A stretch of DNA of 64,000 bases from Armatimonadia bacterium (GCA_039683575.1 JBDKRC010000302.1:1-64000), one strand, 5' to 3'; positions 37,605 to 47,640 are shown, counted from the first letter of the stretch. The notes: a model not told the origin generated them from the sequence alone. Made by a program: numbers and translations.

Positions 37605-38960
37605 TCACCCACCGCCCGGCATGCGGACGGCCGGTATGGTGGCGAGGGATTCCCTTGGAAGGGCGCGGATGGGGCGGTAGAAGCCCTGGGCCAGACGATA
37701 GGATTGAGGGGCTACATGGCCATCCACGAAGGCGTAGCTGATAAGGCGATCATGCCGGCCGGGGCTCGGCACGGAGGCGCCGGGCTCGGCATGCAGGTCG
37801 TAGGCATTGGGACGCAGGAGCGTGGAGTCGAAGAGCTCGGCAGTCGTCCATGGCTGGGTTACTTTGCCCAGCGGCAGGAGACTGAGCTTGTAGTTCATGG
37901 CATAGCCGTACTTGTCGGTGACGGCGGGGCAGGAGTAGAAGCCGGGGTCGGTCACGTAGTCGCTGAGGTCCGTGCACCAGCGGTTGGCCGCGGGGAGGCG
38001 CTGGTCGTAGTCGGCCATGTAAAGGCGCATCGCCTGGCTGAGTTGGCGGAGGTTGGCAAGGCAGCGTTTGGTCTTCGGCCCTTCCATTCCCGTAAAGATG
38101 TTGGCGTCGCGCAGCGGGGTCTCGGGGCGGATAACCTCCGGGTTCACTCTCCTATTGAGATGCCAGCCGCTGACAGTGCGCTCGAGAGCAACCGCGAGGT
38201 TAACCTTCGCCTCGGCCTGGGCTGTAACCATGGCGCGATCGGCGGAGACCCGGCGGGTACTCACCTCGTAGCGGACGAGGTCGGGGACCATGACCAGGAG
38301 CGCGGCAATACCTTGATCGAGGCGCATACCGCGGTCCGGCATCATGGTGAAGTAGAGCTGGCCGATGTTGCCGGCAACCTGCTCTACCTGGCGGCCTGAC
38401 TCGGTCTCGGCCAGGAGTTGCTCGGTGCTGTCGAGGTCAATGAGCCAGCGCCCGTCGCGGCGGACGAGCAGGTAGCTTTGCCGCGGGGCAAGGGTGATGA
38501 TCAGGCGGGCAAGCCCATCGCTCCCGGAGGTGATGACCTCACCGAGTTCCACCCGGTTACCCTTGACGAAGGCAGATAGCAGAAAGTCCCCGGCGGAGCC
38601 GACAGAGGGGTCGTTGGGTACCGGTAACCTTTCCCTCCAGGTGCCAAAGGTCCAGTTCTGGCTGGTGGCGTGGCTCCAGGCCTGGTCGAACTGGCGGCCG
38701 CGGAGGGCCTCGAGGTAGGCCTTGAGGGTGGCGTCGAGAGCGAGGGCTTCATCTGAGGTGGCGGAGCGTCCGGCAAAGGCGGGGACCGGGGCAGCGGCCG
38801 GTTGCGCCTGCAGCGGCTGCAGGGCGTCCAGAAGGGCCTGACGAGCCAGTTGTGACTGGCCCCAGCCGAACCCGGCGTGGGGGGCGATCAGTAGCGCGAT
38901 GAGCGAGAGCGAGAGAACCAGGGAGAAGGCAACTGCGGCACGACTGGTAACGCCAGGCAT
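37605..38960 (-). CDS. Tandem paralog: membrane-anchored DUF1559/H-X9-DG protein without prepilin motif
   Basis: N-terminal TM helix; CLANLRQLSQAMRLYMADYDQ, YGYAMNYKLS and RHDRLISYAFVDGH; collinear with 36123..37520. Confidence 0.75.
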   Translation of the reverse strand: MPGVTSRAAVAFSLVLSLSLIALLIAPHAGFGWGQSQLARQALLDALQPLQAQPAAAPVPAFAGRSATSDEALALDATLKAYLEALRGRQFDQAWSHATSQNWTFGTWRERLPVPNDPSVGSAGDFLLSAFVKGNRVELGEVITSGSDGLARLIITLAPRQSYLLVRRDGRWLIDLDSTEQLLAETESGRQVEQVAGNIGQLYFTMMPDRGMRLDQGIAALLVMVPDLVRYEVSTRRVSADRAMVTAQAEAKVNLAVALERTVSGWHLNRRVNPEVIRPETPLRDANIFTGMEGPKTKRCLANLRQLSQAMRLYMADYDQRLPAANRWCTDLSDYVTDPGFYSCPAVTDKYGYAMNYKLSLLPLGKVTQPWTTAELFDSTLLRPNAYDLHAEPGASVPSPGRHDRLISYAFVDGHVAPQSYRLAQGFYRPIRALPRESLATIPAVRMPGGG

Positions 38961-39067
38961 GGCGCGACCCCCTTGCGGCACAAAGCCAGCCGCGTGTTTG
39001 GCAGAGCTTGCAGTAGGGTAACACTGGCAAAGTACCAGAGTTCCGTCGGCCACAACTATGGCGAGGC

Positions 39068-39095
39068 TTGCGCCCCATCTTGAGGGCGGTATAAT
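39068..39095 (+). promoter_or_regulatory. Candidate sigma70 promoter
   Basis: TTGCGC, 16-bp spacer, TATAAT (39090-39095), 40 bp before ATG 39136. Confidence 0.6.
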
Positions 39096-39135
39096 CATAT
39101 CGTACCTTCTACGTCTTCTCTGAAAGGGCCTGCTG

Positions 39136-40638
39136 ATGAAGATCACCTTTCTTGGCGCGGCACGGACTGTCACAGGGTCGCAATACCTGCTGGAGGCGGC
39201 GGGCAAGCAGATCCTGATAGATTGCGGCATGACACAGGGGCCGGAGCATCTGCGGCATCAGGGCCGGCCGGATGCGGCAGTGGTTGACTACCGCACTGTG
39301 GACATGCTGCTGCTCACCCATGCCCACATTGACCATTCAGGTAACATCCCACTGATCACGCGGTTGGGCTTTCCGGGGCCGGTCTACGCCACCAGCGCGA
39401 CGTGTGACCTGTGCAATGTGATGCTGCCCGACAGCGCACACATTCAGGAAGAAGATGCCAAGCACGACCTGCGGCGCTGGATCAACCAGGGCCGCATCGG
39501 GCCGGCGCCGACGCCCCTTTACAGCCTTCAGGATGTCGAAGCCGCGCTGAAGCTGCTCAAGCCCGTCAGCTATGACCAAGTGGTGGACCTGGCGCCGGGC
39601 ATTCGAGCCCGCTGGCGGGACGCAGGCCATATCCTGGGGGCAGCGTCCATCGAGATCTGGGTAGAGGAGACTGGGCGCACCACGAAGATCGTCTTTTCGG
39701 GGGACATTGGAAGCCCGGGACGGCCTGTAGTGCGCGACCCGCAGTACATAGACGACGCGGACTTCGTGGTGATGGAATCCACCTACGGCAACCGGCGGCA
39801 CGAGAGCAAGGAGATAAGTGCCGACCGCTTGCAGCGAATTGTGCAGGATGCGGTGCGCAACCACGGGCATATCATCATCCCGGCCTTCGCAGTCGGACGG
39901 ACACAAGAGTTGCTCTACGAGCTGAACAGGTTGGTCGAGCACAACCTGATTCCGCGCTTGCCAGTGTACGTGGACAGTCCGCTGGCCATATCGGCGACGA
40001 AGATATGTAGCATTCACCACGAGTGCTTTGACGCGGAGACGGCAGCGCTCCTGGCGGCGGGTGACGATCCGATGGACTTCCCCGGCCTGAAGCTGACGCG
40101 CACGGTGGAGGAGAGCAAACAGATCAACCTCGTGCGTGGGCCTATGATCGTGATCTCGTCGAGCGGCATGTGCAACGGCGGGCGCATCAGGCATCACCTG
40201 CAGAATCATCTGGAGCATGGTCAGGACACGATCCTGTTTGTGGGTTACCAGGCGGCGGGGACGCTCGGGCGGGTGCTGCAGGAGGGGGCGCAGACGGTGA
40301 AGCTCTTTGGCGACAAGATTCGTGTGCGGGCACGCGTGAAGTCGCTACGAGCCTTCTCGGCGCACGCGGATGCCGATGGCCTGCTGACGTGGCTGTCGCA
40401 TGTGAAGGGGCCGCAGGCAGTGTTCATCACACACGGTGAAGAGGACGCGGCGCTGGACTTTGCTGCGCTGGCCCACCGGCAATTGGGGGCGCCTACTCTC
40501 GTGCCCGAATATGGCGATGCCATTGACCTGGGGGATACCGGGAAGCTGGCGGAGGACCTCCAAGCGATGACCGAGACCTGGGCACGACCCGCTGAGATTG
40601 TGGAGGATGAGGCGGCCAGCGAAGATGACGCGGGCTAG
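39136..40638 (+). CDS. MBL-fold beta-CASP ribonuclease (YSH1-like)
   Basis: IDCG, THAHIDHSG, AGHILG, ESTYG, PAFAVGRTQE, SAHAD and HGE motifs. Confidence 0.93.
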   Translation: MKITFLGAARTVTGSQYLLEAAGKQILIDCGMTQGPEHLRHQGRPDAAVVDYRTVDMLLLTHAHIDHSGNIPLITRLGFPGPVYATSATCDLCNVMLPDSAHIQEEDAKHDLRRWINQGRIGPAPTPLYSLQDVEAALKLLKPVSYDQVVDLAPGIRARWRDAGHILGAASIEIWVEETGRTTKIVFSGDIGSPGRPVVRDPQYIDDADFVVMESTYGNRRHESKEISADRLQRIVQDAVRNHGHIIIPAFAVGRTQELLYELNRLVEHNLIPRLPVYVDSPLAISATKICSIHHECFDAETAALLAAGDDPMDFPGLKLTRTVEESKQINLVRGPMIVISSSGMCNGGRIRHHLQNHLEHGQDTILFVGYQAAGTLGRVLQEGAQTVKLFGDKIRVRARVKSLRAFSAHADADGLLTWLSHVKGPQAVFITHGEEDAALDFAALAHRQLGAPTLVPEYGDAIDLGDTGKLAEDLQAMTETWARPAEIVEDEAASEDDAG

Positions 40639-40740
40639 AGTTGCCGCAGATGGGCGGCAGTCGGAGCGCGGTTGAGGATATCAGCGACGGACTTGAACCT
40701 TGGCTTTGTGGCTGGCGACTAACTAGCGGAGGTAAAGGCC

Positions 40741-41424
40741 ATGGGAACAGTGCGTATACTGTCACATGCTGAGACGCCCTTTGCCGACCGACGCGAAGCC
40801 GGGAGGCTGCTGGGGCGCGAGTTGATGGAGTTCCGCGGGCAGCGCCCGGTTGTGCTGGGGATTCCTCGCGGAGGCGTCGTTGTAGCGGCTGAAGTCGCGG
40901 CGGAAACTGACGGTGAACTGGACATCGCGTTGGCCCGGAAGCTGCGCGCGCCGCAAAATCCTGAGTTGGCCGTTGGGGCCATGTCCGAGGATGGGCACGT
41001 CTTCGCCGATCAGAGCCTGCTGCGTTACGTCGGGATGAGTGAAGAGCGGCTGGCGCAGGAGAAAGAGCGAGTCCGGGGTGAGATTGAGGAGCGGCAGCGG
41101 CTGTATCGGCAAGCGCGAGAGAAGGTGCGGCTGGAGGGACGGACAGTGATTGTGGTCGATGACGGCCTGGCAACCGGGGCGACCATGAAAGCGGCGCTAT
41201 GGGCAGCGCGCAAAGAGCGGCCTCAAGTGCTGATCTGCGCTGTGCCGGTGGCAGCCGAGCACACCGTCGAGGAGATGGCGGATCATTGCGACCAGATCAT
41301 CTGCCTGCGCGTGCCGTTCTACTTTGCCGCCGTCGGGCAGTTCTATGAGCGGTTCGATCAGACGGAGGATAGTGAGGTACTTGAGATCTTGCGGCGGGAG
41401 CAGGCACGTGTGGCGGTAACCTGA
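40741..41424 (+). CDS. Phosphoribosyltransferase family protein
   Basis: FADRREAG, GIPRGG, VVDDGLATGAT and AVGQFY motifs. Confidence 0.92.
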   Translation: MGTVRILSHAETPFADRREAGRLLGRELMEFRGQRPVVLGIPRGGVVVAAEVAAETDGELDIALARKLRAPQNPELAVGAMSEDGHVFADQSLLRYVGMSEERLAQEKERVRGEIEERQRLYRQAREKVRLEGRTVIVVDDGLATGATMKAALWAARKERPQVLICAVPVAAEHTVEEMADHCDQIICLRVPFYFAAVGQFYERFDQTEDSEVLEILRREQARVAVT

Positions 41425-41433
41425 GGCGGGAGT

Positions 41434-42105
41434 GTGGTGGCAATGGATACGACGATGCAAGCGGCGACTGAGGTGGCGGTACAGATTCCGGCGGAGGACG
41501 CTATACTGCAAGGAGACCTGGCGCTGCCGCCGCAGCCCCGTGGGCTGGTGATCTTTGCCCACGGCAGCGGCAGCAGTCGGCACAGCCCACGCAACCGTTA
41601 TGTGGCCGGCGTCTTGCAGCAGGCGGGTCTGGGGACGCTGCTCATGGATCTCCTGACTGTCGATGAAGAAGCGGTGGACCAGTACACGAGGCACCTGCGG
41701 TTCGACATACCGCTGCTCTCCGGGCGTCTCGTGGCCGCGACGGATTGGGCCAAGGACGAGGAGCAATTGCGCGGGCTGAACATCGGGTACTTCGGCGCGA
41801 GCACAGGAGCAGGGGCAGCGATCATGGCGGCGGTGCAACGCTCCGACCAAGTCAAGGCCATTGTGTCGCGTGGCGGACGGCCGGACCTGGCGGAAGCCGC
41901 TCTCGAACAGATTCAGGCTGCGACACTGCTGCTGGTCGGAGACCGTGACTACCCGGTAATCGATCTCAACGAGCAGGCCTTTGAGCGGATGAAGTGCGAG
42001 AAGCGGTTGACGCTCGTGCCGCGGGCAACGCACTTGTTTGAGGAACCGGGAACACTGGAACAGGTGGCGGAACTGGCGGCGTCGTGGTTTGGCACCCACT
42101 TGTAG
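41434..42105 (+). CDS. Dienelactone hydrolase-like alpha/beta hydrolase
   Basis: FAHGSGSSRHSPRN, GYFGASTG, SRGGRPDLA and THLFEE motifs. Confidence 0.92.
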   Translation: MVAMDTTMQAATEVAVQIPAEDAILQGDLALPPQPRGLVIFAHGSGSSRHSPRNRYVAGVLQQAGLGTLLMDLLTVDEEAVDQYTRHLRFDIPLLSGRLVAATDWAKDEEQLRGLNIGYFGASTGAGAAIMAAVQRSDQVKAIVSRGGRPDLAEAALEQIQAATLLLVGDRDYPVIDLNEQAFERMKCEKRLTLVPRATHLFEEPGTLEQVAELAASWFGTHL

Positions 42106-42184
42106 GCGGAGGGGATGGGATGGAGAGCGAATTACGGGTCAGCTCGGCCATGCGGCCGAGCCGCTCCGGGGTACAAAGTAATCC

Positions 42185-43072
42185 ATGAACGACGATATCG
42201 CTTCCCTCCTTGCCTACCTGGTCGCCGAGGTCGGCCTCTCTGCCAACACGATCGCCGCTTACCGGCGGGACTTGACGCAGTATGCCGATTACCTGCGGAC
42301 GCGTGGGTACAACTTCTATGATGCCGATCAGGACGTCGTAACGGCATATCTGGGAGAACTGCGCAAAGCAGGGCGTGGCCGCGCGACCGTACAGCGCAAG
42401 CTCTGCGCGATCCGCCAGATGCACAAGTTCCTGGTACGGGAGGGGTTCGCCCACCAGGACCCCACGGCGGTCATCGAGCCGGCACCCAAGCCAGTGCGGC
42501 TGCCGAAAGTGCTGACGGTTCAGCAGTGCCTGGACCTCCTGGAAGCCCCCAACCTGCAGACGCCGGAGGGGTTGCGGGACGCCGCGATGATGACGCTGCT
42601 CTACGCGACGGGGCTGCGGGTATCGGAGTTGGTGGGTTTGAGACTGCACGCGCTGGATGCCGAGGGACAGGCGCTGCGGGTGCGTGGCAAAGGCAACAAG
42701 GAGCGTGTGGTACCTGTAGCGCCGGTGGCGTTGGACGTGCTGCAGATCTACCTGGAGCAGGCACGCCCGGGTTTCGACAAATTCCCCAACGAGGATCACA
42801 TCTTCCTGTCACGGCGAGGGCGAGGGCTCACAAGGGCAGCCTTCTGGCACAATCTCAAAGGTTACTGCCGGCTGTCAGGTGTGCCTGAAGATACGTCTCC
42901 ACACACGCTGCGGCATTCCTTCGCCACGCATCTCCTGCAGGGCGGGGCGGACTTGCGCTCAATCCAGGAGATGCTGGGGCACTCGAGCCTCGGCGTCACG
43001 CAGATCTACACTCACGTTTCGGCAGGACACAAGCGGGAGGTCTACGACAAGGCCCACCCGCGGGCGAAGTGA
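42185..43072 (+). CDS. xerD: Site-specific tyrosine recombinase XerD
   Basis: GLSANTIAAYRRDL, LYATGLRVSEL, GKGNKERVVP, HTLRHSFATHLL, LGH..TQIYTH and HPRA end. Confidence 0.88.
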   Translation: MNDDIASLLAYLVAEVGLSANTIAAYRRDLTQYADYLRTRGYNFYDADQDVVTAYLGELRKAGRGRATVQRKLCAIRQMHKFLVREGFAHQDPTAVIEPAPKPVRLPKVLTVQQCLDLLEAPNLQTPEGLRDAAMMTLLYATGLRVSELVGLRLHALDAEGQALRVRGKGNKERVVPVAPVALDVLQIYLEQARPGFDKFPNEDHIFLSRRGRGLTRAAFWHNLKGYCRLSGVPEDTSPHTLRHSFATHLLQGGADLRSIQEMLGHSSLGVTQIYTHVSAGHKREVYDKAHPRAK

Positions 43073-43078
43073 TGTTTC

Positions 43079-43193
43079 GTCATGCTGAGTAGAGCATGTT
43101 GTCATGCTGAGCACAGCATGTTGTCATGCTGAGCACAGCGAAGCATCCCTCGGTTTGCAGTGCCGGAGATCCTTCACTTCGTTCAGGATGACA
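43079..43193. repeat. Palindromic TGTCAT...ATGACA element with a triplicated 22-bp left end
   Basis: GTCATGCTGAG at 43079, 43101 and 43123; full element 43122-43193 ending TTCAGGATGACA. Confidence 0.8.
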
Positions 43194-43217
43194 GAGCGGC
43201 GGCTATCTCCCCGAAGA

Positions 43218-44141
43218 TCAGCGGCTCATCCGGCGCAGCCGCACCGTCTCCCCCGGCAACTCCATTGTGTGCACGCTCTTCAGCCTGAAGCCCAGACCCC
43301 TCAGCGCCCGCTGTTTGCGCTCATCGGTCTCTGCCACAAGAGCCTGCCCGTTGGGGAAGTCGGCGGCGAGCTTGGTCAGCAGTTCGGTAAGGATGCCCTC
43401 GTCAAGGGCGAAGGCATCGAAGTAATGGCGATGCTCATACACCGTCGCCAGACCCACTGGCTTTGTCCCCTGCCGGGCCACGAGGTACTTGGTTCCCATC
43501 CAGTTGGTGATGAATGAGCAGAACCGTGTCTGTCCGGCGAAGGCGGGCAGCAGGCGGCTTTTCGTCACGGGCCGGCACATCAGGTAGTCCAGGCCTACGT
43601 AGTCGCGTGGTTCGACCGGGCCGTAGCTGAGCGGGGTGCCGTCAGCGCGGAAGTACTCCTCCTGGTAGTCGAAGTCCGGCTCGCGCACCATCCAGCAGCG
43701 CGTGCCCTCGTCGGGCTGGGCCATGGTGATCTCCCAGCCGCGGCGCTGGTACATTCCCACAGCCCGCGTGTTGCTGGTCTGAGTGGGCAGCATGACCATC
43801 TCGACGCCACTGCTCTCGGTGTCGTCGAGGTAGTTCTCCAGTAGTTGTCGCCCAACCCCCTGCCCCTGATATTCGTCCTCAACAAGAAACCATCCCAGAT
43901 GCGCGTGTTCGGGCGTTGCGTTGGAAACTGCCCGCCATACTACGCCGATACAGCGGTGGGCGTCGTCGTCGCGCGCTACGAAGAAGGTATTGTGGATGCC
44001 GGAGGTGTCGCCTGCGAAAACGCGCTGCAGCCAGGGCAGCCAGGGCGTTGTGGGAGATATGTTCTCCGGCTTGAGGTAGGGGTACCACTCGATGAAGTCC
44101 TTGCGGAAGGGTGGCGTTAGCTTGTAGCAGGAAACGGTCAT
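43218..44141 (-). CDS. GNAT family N-acetyltransferase
   Basis: FLVEDEYQGQGVGRQLL and N..AVGMYQRRGW motifs; GGAG RBS. Confidence 0.85.
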   Translation of the reverse strand: MTVSCYKLTPPFRKDFIEWYPYLKPENISPTTPWLPWLQRVFAGDTSGIHNTFFVARDDDAHRCIGVVWRAVSNATPEHAHLGWFLVEDEYQGQGVGRQLLENYLDDTESSGVEMVMLPTQTSNTRAVGMYQRRGWEITMAQPDEGTRCWMVREPDFDYQEEYFRADGTPLSYGPVEPRDYVGLDYLMCRPVTKSRLLPAFAGQTRFCSFITNWMGTKYLVARQGTKPVGLATVYEHRHYFDAFALDEGILTELLTKLAADFPNGQALVAETDERKQRALRGLGFRLKSVHTMELPGETVRLRRMSR

Positions 44142-44212
44142 GTCTATCTCCAAAGACAAGCGACCGGCCACCGGCCGGTCGCTTCGATACTCACTGGTGG
44201 CCCCGGGTGCCC

Positions 44213-44836
44213 CTATGGCGTCCAGAGGTGATCGTGTCCGGTCCAGTCGAGGATGTCGCTAACCTTCATCCACTTGGCGTGGCCATCGATGAAAGCGACG
44301 TTGTTACCCTCGTTGTGACGGGCTGGCCCGTAGGTGGCAGGGGTGTGGCCTGCGACACAGGAACGTGCCGAACCCAGATTGCCGCAGCTCCCTGGGCCAC
44401 AGGTTGCATACCGGACATAGCCGCCGCCCTGGGTGTCATGCTCCGTGAAAATCATCTTCTCGGATGGGTACTGGTAAGAACCGATGGACTTGTAGTCCAT
44501 GCCTCGTATGTCCCAACCATAGCTCTGGTTCGTCCCGCTGTTGCTGGGGCAAATGTAAATCTGCGAATTCTTGATGTACGGGGTCAGGACGCCCATCCAG
44601 CAGTCACCATTGCTGGCAATAGCGGCGCCGCCGTTGTCACAATGGCGCTGGGTCCGTTCGTCATAGTCCTGCCAATACTGCAGGCAGGCGGTTGCCAGTT
44701 GGCGGCAGTTCGAGAGACAACTCGTCTGGCGGGCCTTCTCACGGGCCTTGGCGAAGACAGGGAACAGGATGGCAGCGAGGATTGCGATGATCGCAATCAC
44801 GACGAGCAACTCAATGAGCGTAAAGCCGCGACGCAT
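44213..44836 (-). CDS. Prepilin-type N-terminal cleavage/methylation domain, DUF1559/H-X9-DG protein
   Basis: [45 protein letters not shown] and [25 protein letters not shown]. Confidence 0.95.
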   Translation of the reverse strand: MRRGFTLIELLVVIAIIAILAAILFPVFAKAREKARQTSCLSNCRQLATACLQYWQDYDERTQRHCDNGGAAIASNGDCWMGVLTPYIKNSQIYICPSNSGTNQSYGWDIRGMDYKSIGSYQYPSEKMIFTEHDTQGGGYVRYATCGPGSCGNLGSARSCVAGHTPATYGPARHNEGNNVAFIDGHAKWMKVSDILDWTGHDHLWTP

Positions 44837-45036
44837 GATCTTTACCTCCTGATGATACCGTCTATATACCCAATTCGCCAGGGCCTGTGCGAATTCCTTT
44901 CGAAAAGCTTGCGATTTTGGAAGGTCAAGATACTACGCAGGACTGAGGCGGCCCTGTGGTCAATAGAAGGGCAGGCGAGCAGGAGACAACACCTGCCGCT
45001 TAGGGTCAGCATTATCTGCTTAGGCGGGAGGACACT

Positions 45037-46356
45037 ATGGCATCACTGGAAGCGCTCAAGGCTCTGGCGAAAGATGAACTGGTGCAGCTGGCCGAGGAAG
45101 GTGCTGCTGTCGAGGACCTCGGCCGCGCTCTGCAGATGGCATACGAGAAGTCGGAAGACCTGCAGGTTGAGGCGTTAGACGTGTTCTGGCGCGAGGCTGC
45201 GATTCTGCGCGATAGTGCCGCGCGTGGGGCAGAGGAGCCCTCGGACCTCCAGGGCATCCAGGCAGCGAGGCCCGACGGACCACGCCGCCTGCCGATGGCT
45301 GATGGTGACAAGCTCACCGACCGCATTCATGGCGCCTGGCTGGGGCGCTGCGCCGGCTGCATGCTGGGCAAGCCGGTAGAGGGATGGACGCGGGAGAAGA
45401 TCGAGAGACTGTTGGAGTCGGCCGATGCGTACCCGCTGGACAACTACTTCCCGGTGGTTGAAGACCTGCCCGAGGGTCTGCAGTGGCATCCCAGCGGCAA
45501 TGACTGCCTTCTGGGCAACATCACCCACAGCGTTCGGGACGATGACACCGACTACACGATACTCGGCCTGCACGTTCTGGAAGCGCATGGGCAGCAGTTC
45601 ACGCCGCAGGATGTGGCGAACGAGTGGCTGCTGCGACTGCCGTACCATCGCACCTATACGGCCGAGAGAGTGGCGTATCGGAACTTCGTCAACGACGTCT
45701 GGCCCCCGGAGTCGGCGGTACTGATGAACCCGTACCGGGAGTGGATTGGGGCGCAGATCAGGGCGGATGCCTTCGGTTACTGCGCTCCTGGTTGGCCTGA
45801 GAAGGCGGCCGAGTTTGCCTTCCGCGACGCGATGATCTCGCACACCAAGAACGGCATCTACGGCGAGATGTTCTTCGCGGCACTGATTGCGGCCTGTCTG
45901 GCCATGCAGGACCTGCGCGAGGCGATAGAGGTGGCGCTGACGGAGATTCCGGTGAACTGCCGGCTCGCCGAGGCCGTGCGGGACATGATGATATGGTGCG
46001 ACGGCTCATGGGAGCAGACGTGGGACCGGGTGATGGAGAAGTACGGGCACTACCACCCTGTTCACACCATCAATAACGCCTGCCTCGTGCTGATGGGGCT
46101 GCTCCATGCCAATGGTGATTTCACGAAGGCAATCAGCATCGCCGTCATGGGCGGGCTGGATACAGACTGTAACGGGGCGACGGCGGGATCGGTCCTTGGG
46201 GCGCTGCTGGGGGCGGAGGCACTGCCGGCGAAGTGGACGGAGCCGCTGGATGACACGCTTCACAGCGCGCTCGAGGGGATGAACGTAAACAGCATAAGCG
46301 GCTTGGCGCAAAGGACGGCGGAGGTGGCGGAGAAGGTGTTATCAGGTTCCCGGTAG
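45037..46356 (+). CDS. ADP-ribosylglycohydrolase family protein
   Basis: GAWLGRCAGCMLGKPVE, DDDTDYT, GAQIRAD and GLDTDCNGATAG motifs. Confidence 0.92.
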   Translation: MASLEALKALAKDELVQLAEEGAAVEDLGRALQMAYEKSEDLQVEALDVFWREAAILRDSAARGAEEPSDLQGIQAARPDGPRRLPMADGDKLTDRIHGAWLGRCAGCMLGKPVEGWTREKIERLLESADAYPLDNYFPVVEDLPEGLQWHPSGNDCLLGNITHSVRDDDTDYTILGLHVLEAHGQQFTPQDVANEWLLRLPYHRTYTAERVAYRNFVNDVWPPESAVLMNPYREWIGAQIRADAFGYCAPGWPEKAAEFAFRDAMISHTKNGIYGEMFFAALIAACLAMQDLREAIEVALTEIPVNCRLAEAVRDMMIWCDGSWEQTWDRVMEKYGHYHPVHTINNACLVLMGLLHANGDFTKAISIAVMGGLDTDCNGATAGSVLGALLGAEALPAKWTEPLDDTLHSALEGMNVNSISGLAQRTAEVAEKVLSGSR

Positions 46357-46374
46357 GAGCGCTCCCCCGAGCGC
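46353..46374 (+). repeat. GTAG-type REP-like hairpin overlapping a stop codon
   Basis: GTAG-GA-GCGCTC-CCCC-GAGCGC. Confidence 0.5.
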
Positions 46375-46386
46375 GATACGAGGCCC

Positions 46387-47535
46387 TCAGACGTACTCGA
46401 CCGTCACCAGCTTCCCCATCTTTTCCAGCTTCCCGGCCAGAAGCGGGACGATGTTCGTGCGGGTCAGCAGGCCGCGCTGCTGGAAGACTATGTCGCCGTG
46501 GGCGGGGTTCTGAGCCGCGCCCACGGTGAAGTTGATGCGGTCGGCTTCTCGCAGCAGGCGCTGCAGTTCGGTCACCCCGCTCTCCTCCTCAAAGCTCTTG
46601 GGATCCGCCTCCAGCACGTTGTACACCTGGTTGAGCGTGATCGCGCCCTCGGTGACGAGGTCTATGCCTTCGATATAGTAGCGTGGCGGCGCGAGCTTGC
46701 TGCGCAGGTCCTGCTCGACCTCGAGCGGCTTTTCAACAAACCTCGCCACGATCTCGGCCGTCGTCGAGCCCGCCACCACCTTCCAGCCCTCACTGAGCAT
46801 GAACTTCTGCGCCACTGCACGGTCATGCTGCTTATTTGCCGGTGGCCCGGTGAAGATGTTCAGCGTCTTCCCCCAGCGGCACAACGCCATGGCAACGGTG
46901 GTGTCATCCCCGCCGACTTGCTCCCACAGCTCCCTGGCACGGTCGTGGACGGCCCGCGCCAACTCCCGCAGAGGCCGCCGTTCGGATAGCAACTCGCGAA
47001 GGTATTGCTGCACCCCCTCGGTCTTCCAGCCATTACGTTGGCTCAGCCCCAACCCCGCCATGGTTACGCCGTCGCTCATGACCATGATCCCGTCGCCGGG
47101 AGCAAGTTGGGCGTGCGACTCGCCGATCAGGGCGTTCTCGACTGTTCGGGTGCGCTGGGGCAGTGGCGCGGCGTGGTTGGAGGTGACGAACAGGGGCGGG
47201 GGCATGTCATAGGACAGGACTGTTGCCTGCCCATCGTTGAGGATGCGGATGACGATGAAACACGCGTACGGCAGCTCAGTGCCGCGTACGCGGATCATGT
47301 TCTTGACGAGGCTGCCGAAGGCGTGGCGCAGCGTCGTGCCCTGGCGCAGGGCCTCCAGCAATCGCGAGGCGCACATGGTAGCGGCGAGGTTGGCCTTGAT
47401 GCCTGAGCCAAGGCCGTCGCAGAGCACGAAAGTGGTGGCAGCGGGGGAGCGCTCGAAGGCAACGAGGTCGCCACAGGGGCTTCCGGGCTTCTTCGGCGAC
47501 TGGGCGATTTCGATTTCTACGTGGATGTGGGGCAT
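46387..47535 (-). CDS. SpoIIE/PP2C-type Ser/Thr phosphatase associated with sensory hydrogenase
   Basis: CGD, CDGLGSGIKA, MSDGVT, DDTTV, TGPP and GIDLVTEG motifs. Confidence 0.88.
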   Translation of the reverse strand: MPHIHVEIEIAQSPKKPGSPCGDLVAFERSPAATTFVLCDGLGSGIKANLAATMCASRLLEALRQGTTLRHAFGSLVKNMIRVRGTELPYACFIVIRILNDGQATVLSYDMPPPLFVTSNHAAPLPQRTRTVENALIGESHAQLAPGDGIMVMSDGVTMAGLGLSQRNGWKTEGVQQYLRELLSERRPLRELARAVHDRARELWEQVGGDDTTVAMALCRWGKTLNIFTGPPANKQHDRAVAQKFMLSEGWKVVAGSTTAEIVARFVEKPLEVEQDLRSKLAPPRYYIEGIDLVTEGAITLNQVYNVLEADPKSFEEESGVTELQRLLREADRINFTVGAAQNPAHGDIVFQQRGLLTRTNIVPLLAGKLEKMGKLVTVEYV

Positions 47536-47545
47536 TTGAGGTATG

Positions 47546-47632
47546 GCTGTAGGGCGGGGGCTGTACCCCGCCGCGCGTGGCGACTTGTGATCGTAGATAA
47601 GGCGGCGGGGAACGGAGCCCCCGCCCTACAGC
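47546..47632. repeat. REPIN-like inverted doublet of GTAG-type REPs
   Basis: GCTGTAGGGCGGGGGCT (47546-47562) and its exact reverse complement (47616-47632). Confidence 0.8.
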
Positions 47633-47640
47633 GCTCCAGT

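Noticed and set aside
42185-43072. Tyrosine recombinase as an integrase or integron of a mobile element
   Set aside because: Length and motifs match housekeeping XerD; no integron-specific insertion, att sites or cargo seen.
43079-43144. 22-bp tandem repeats as a mini CRISPR array
   Set aside because: Repeats are directly adjacent with no unique spacers, and no cas genes are present.
45037-46356. DraG-like ADP-ribosylation control of the hydrogenase
   Set aside because: The gene is convergent to the operon, is a long-form family member, and no DraT-like transferase is present.
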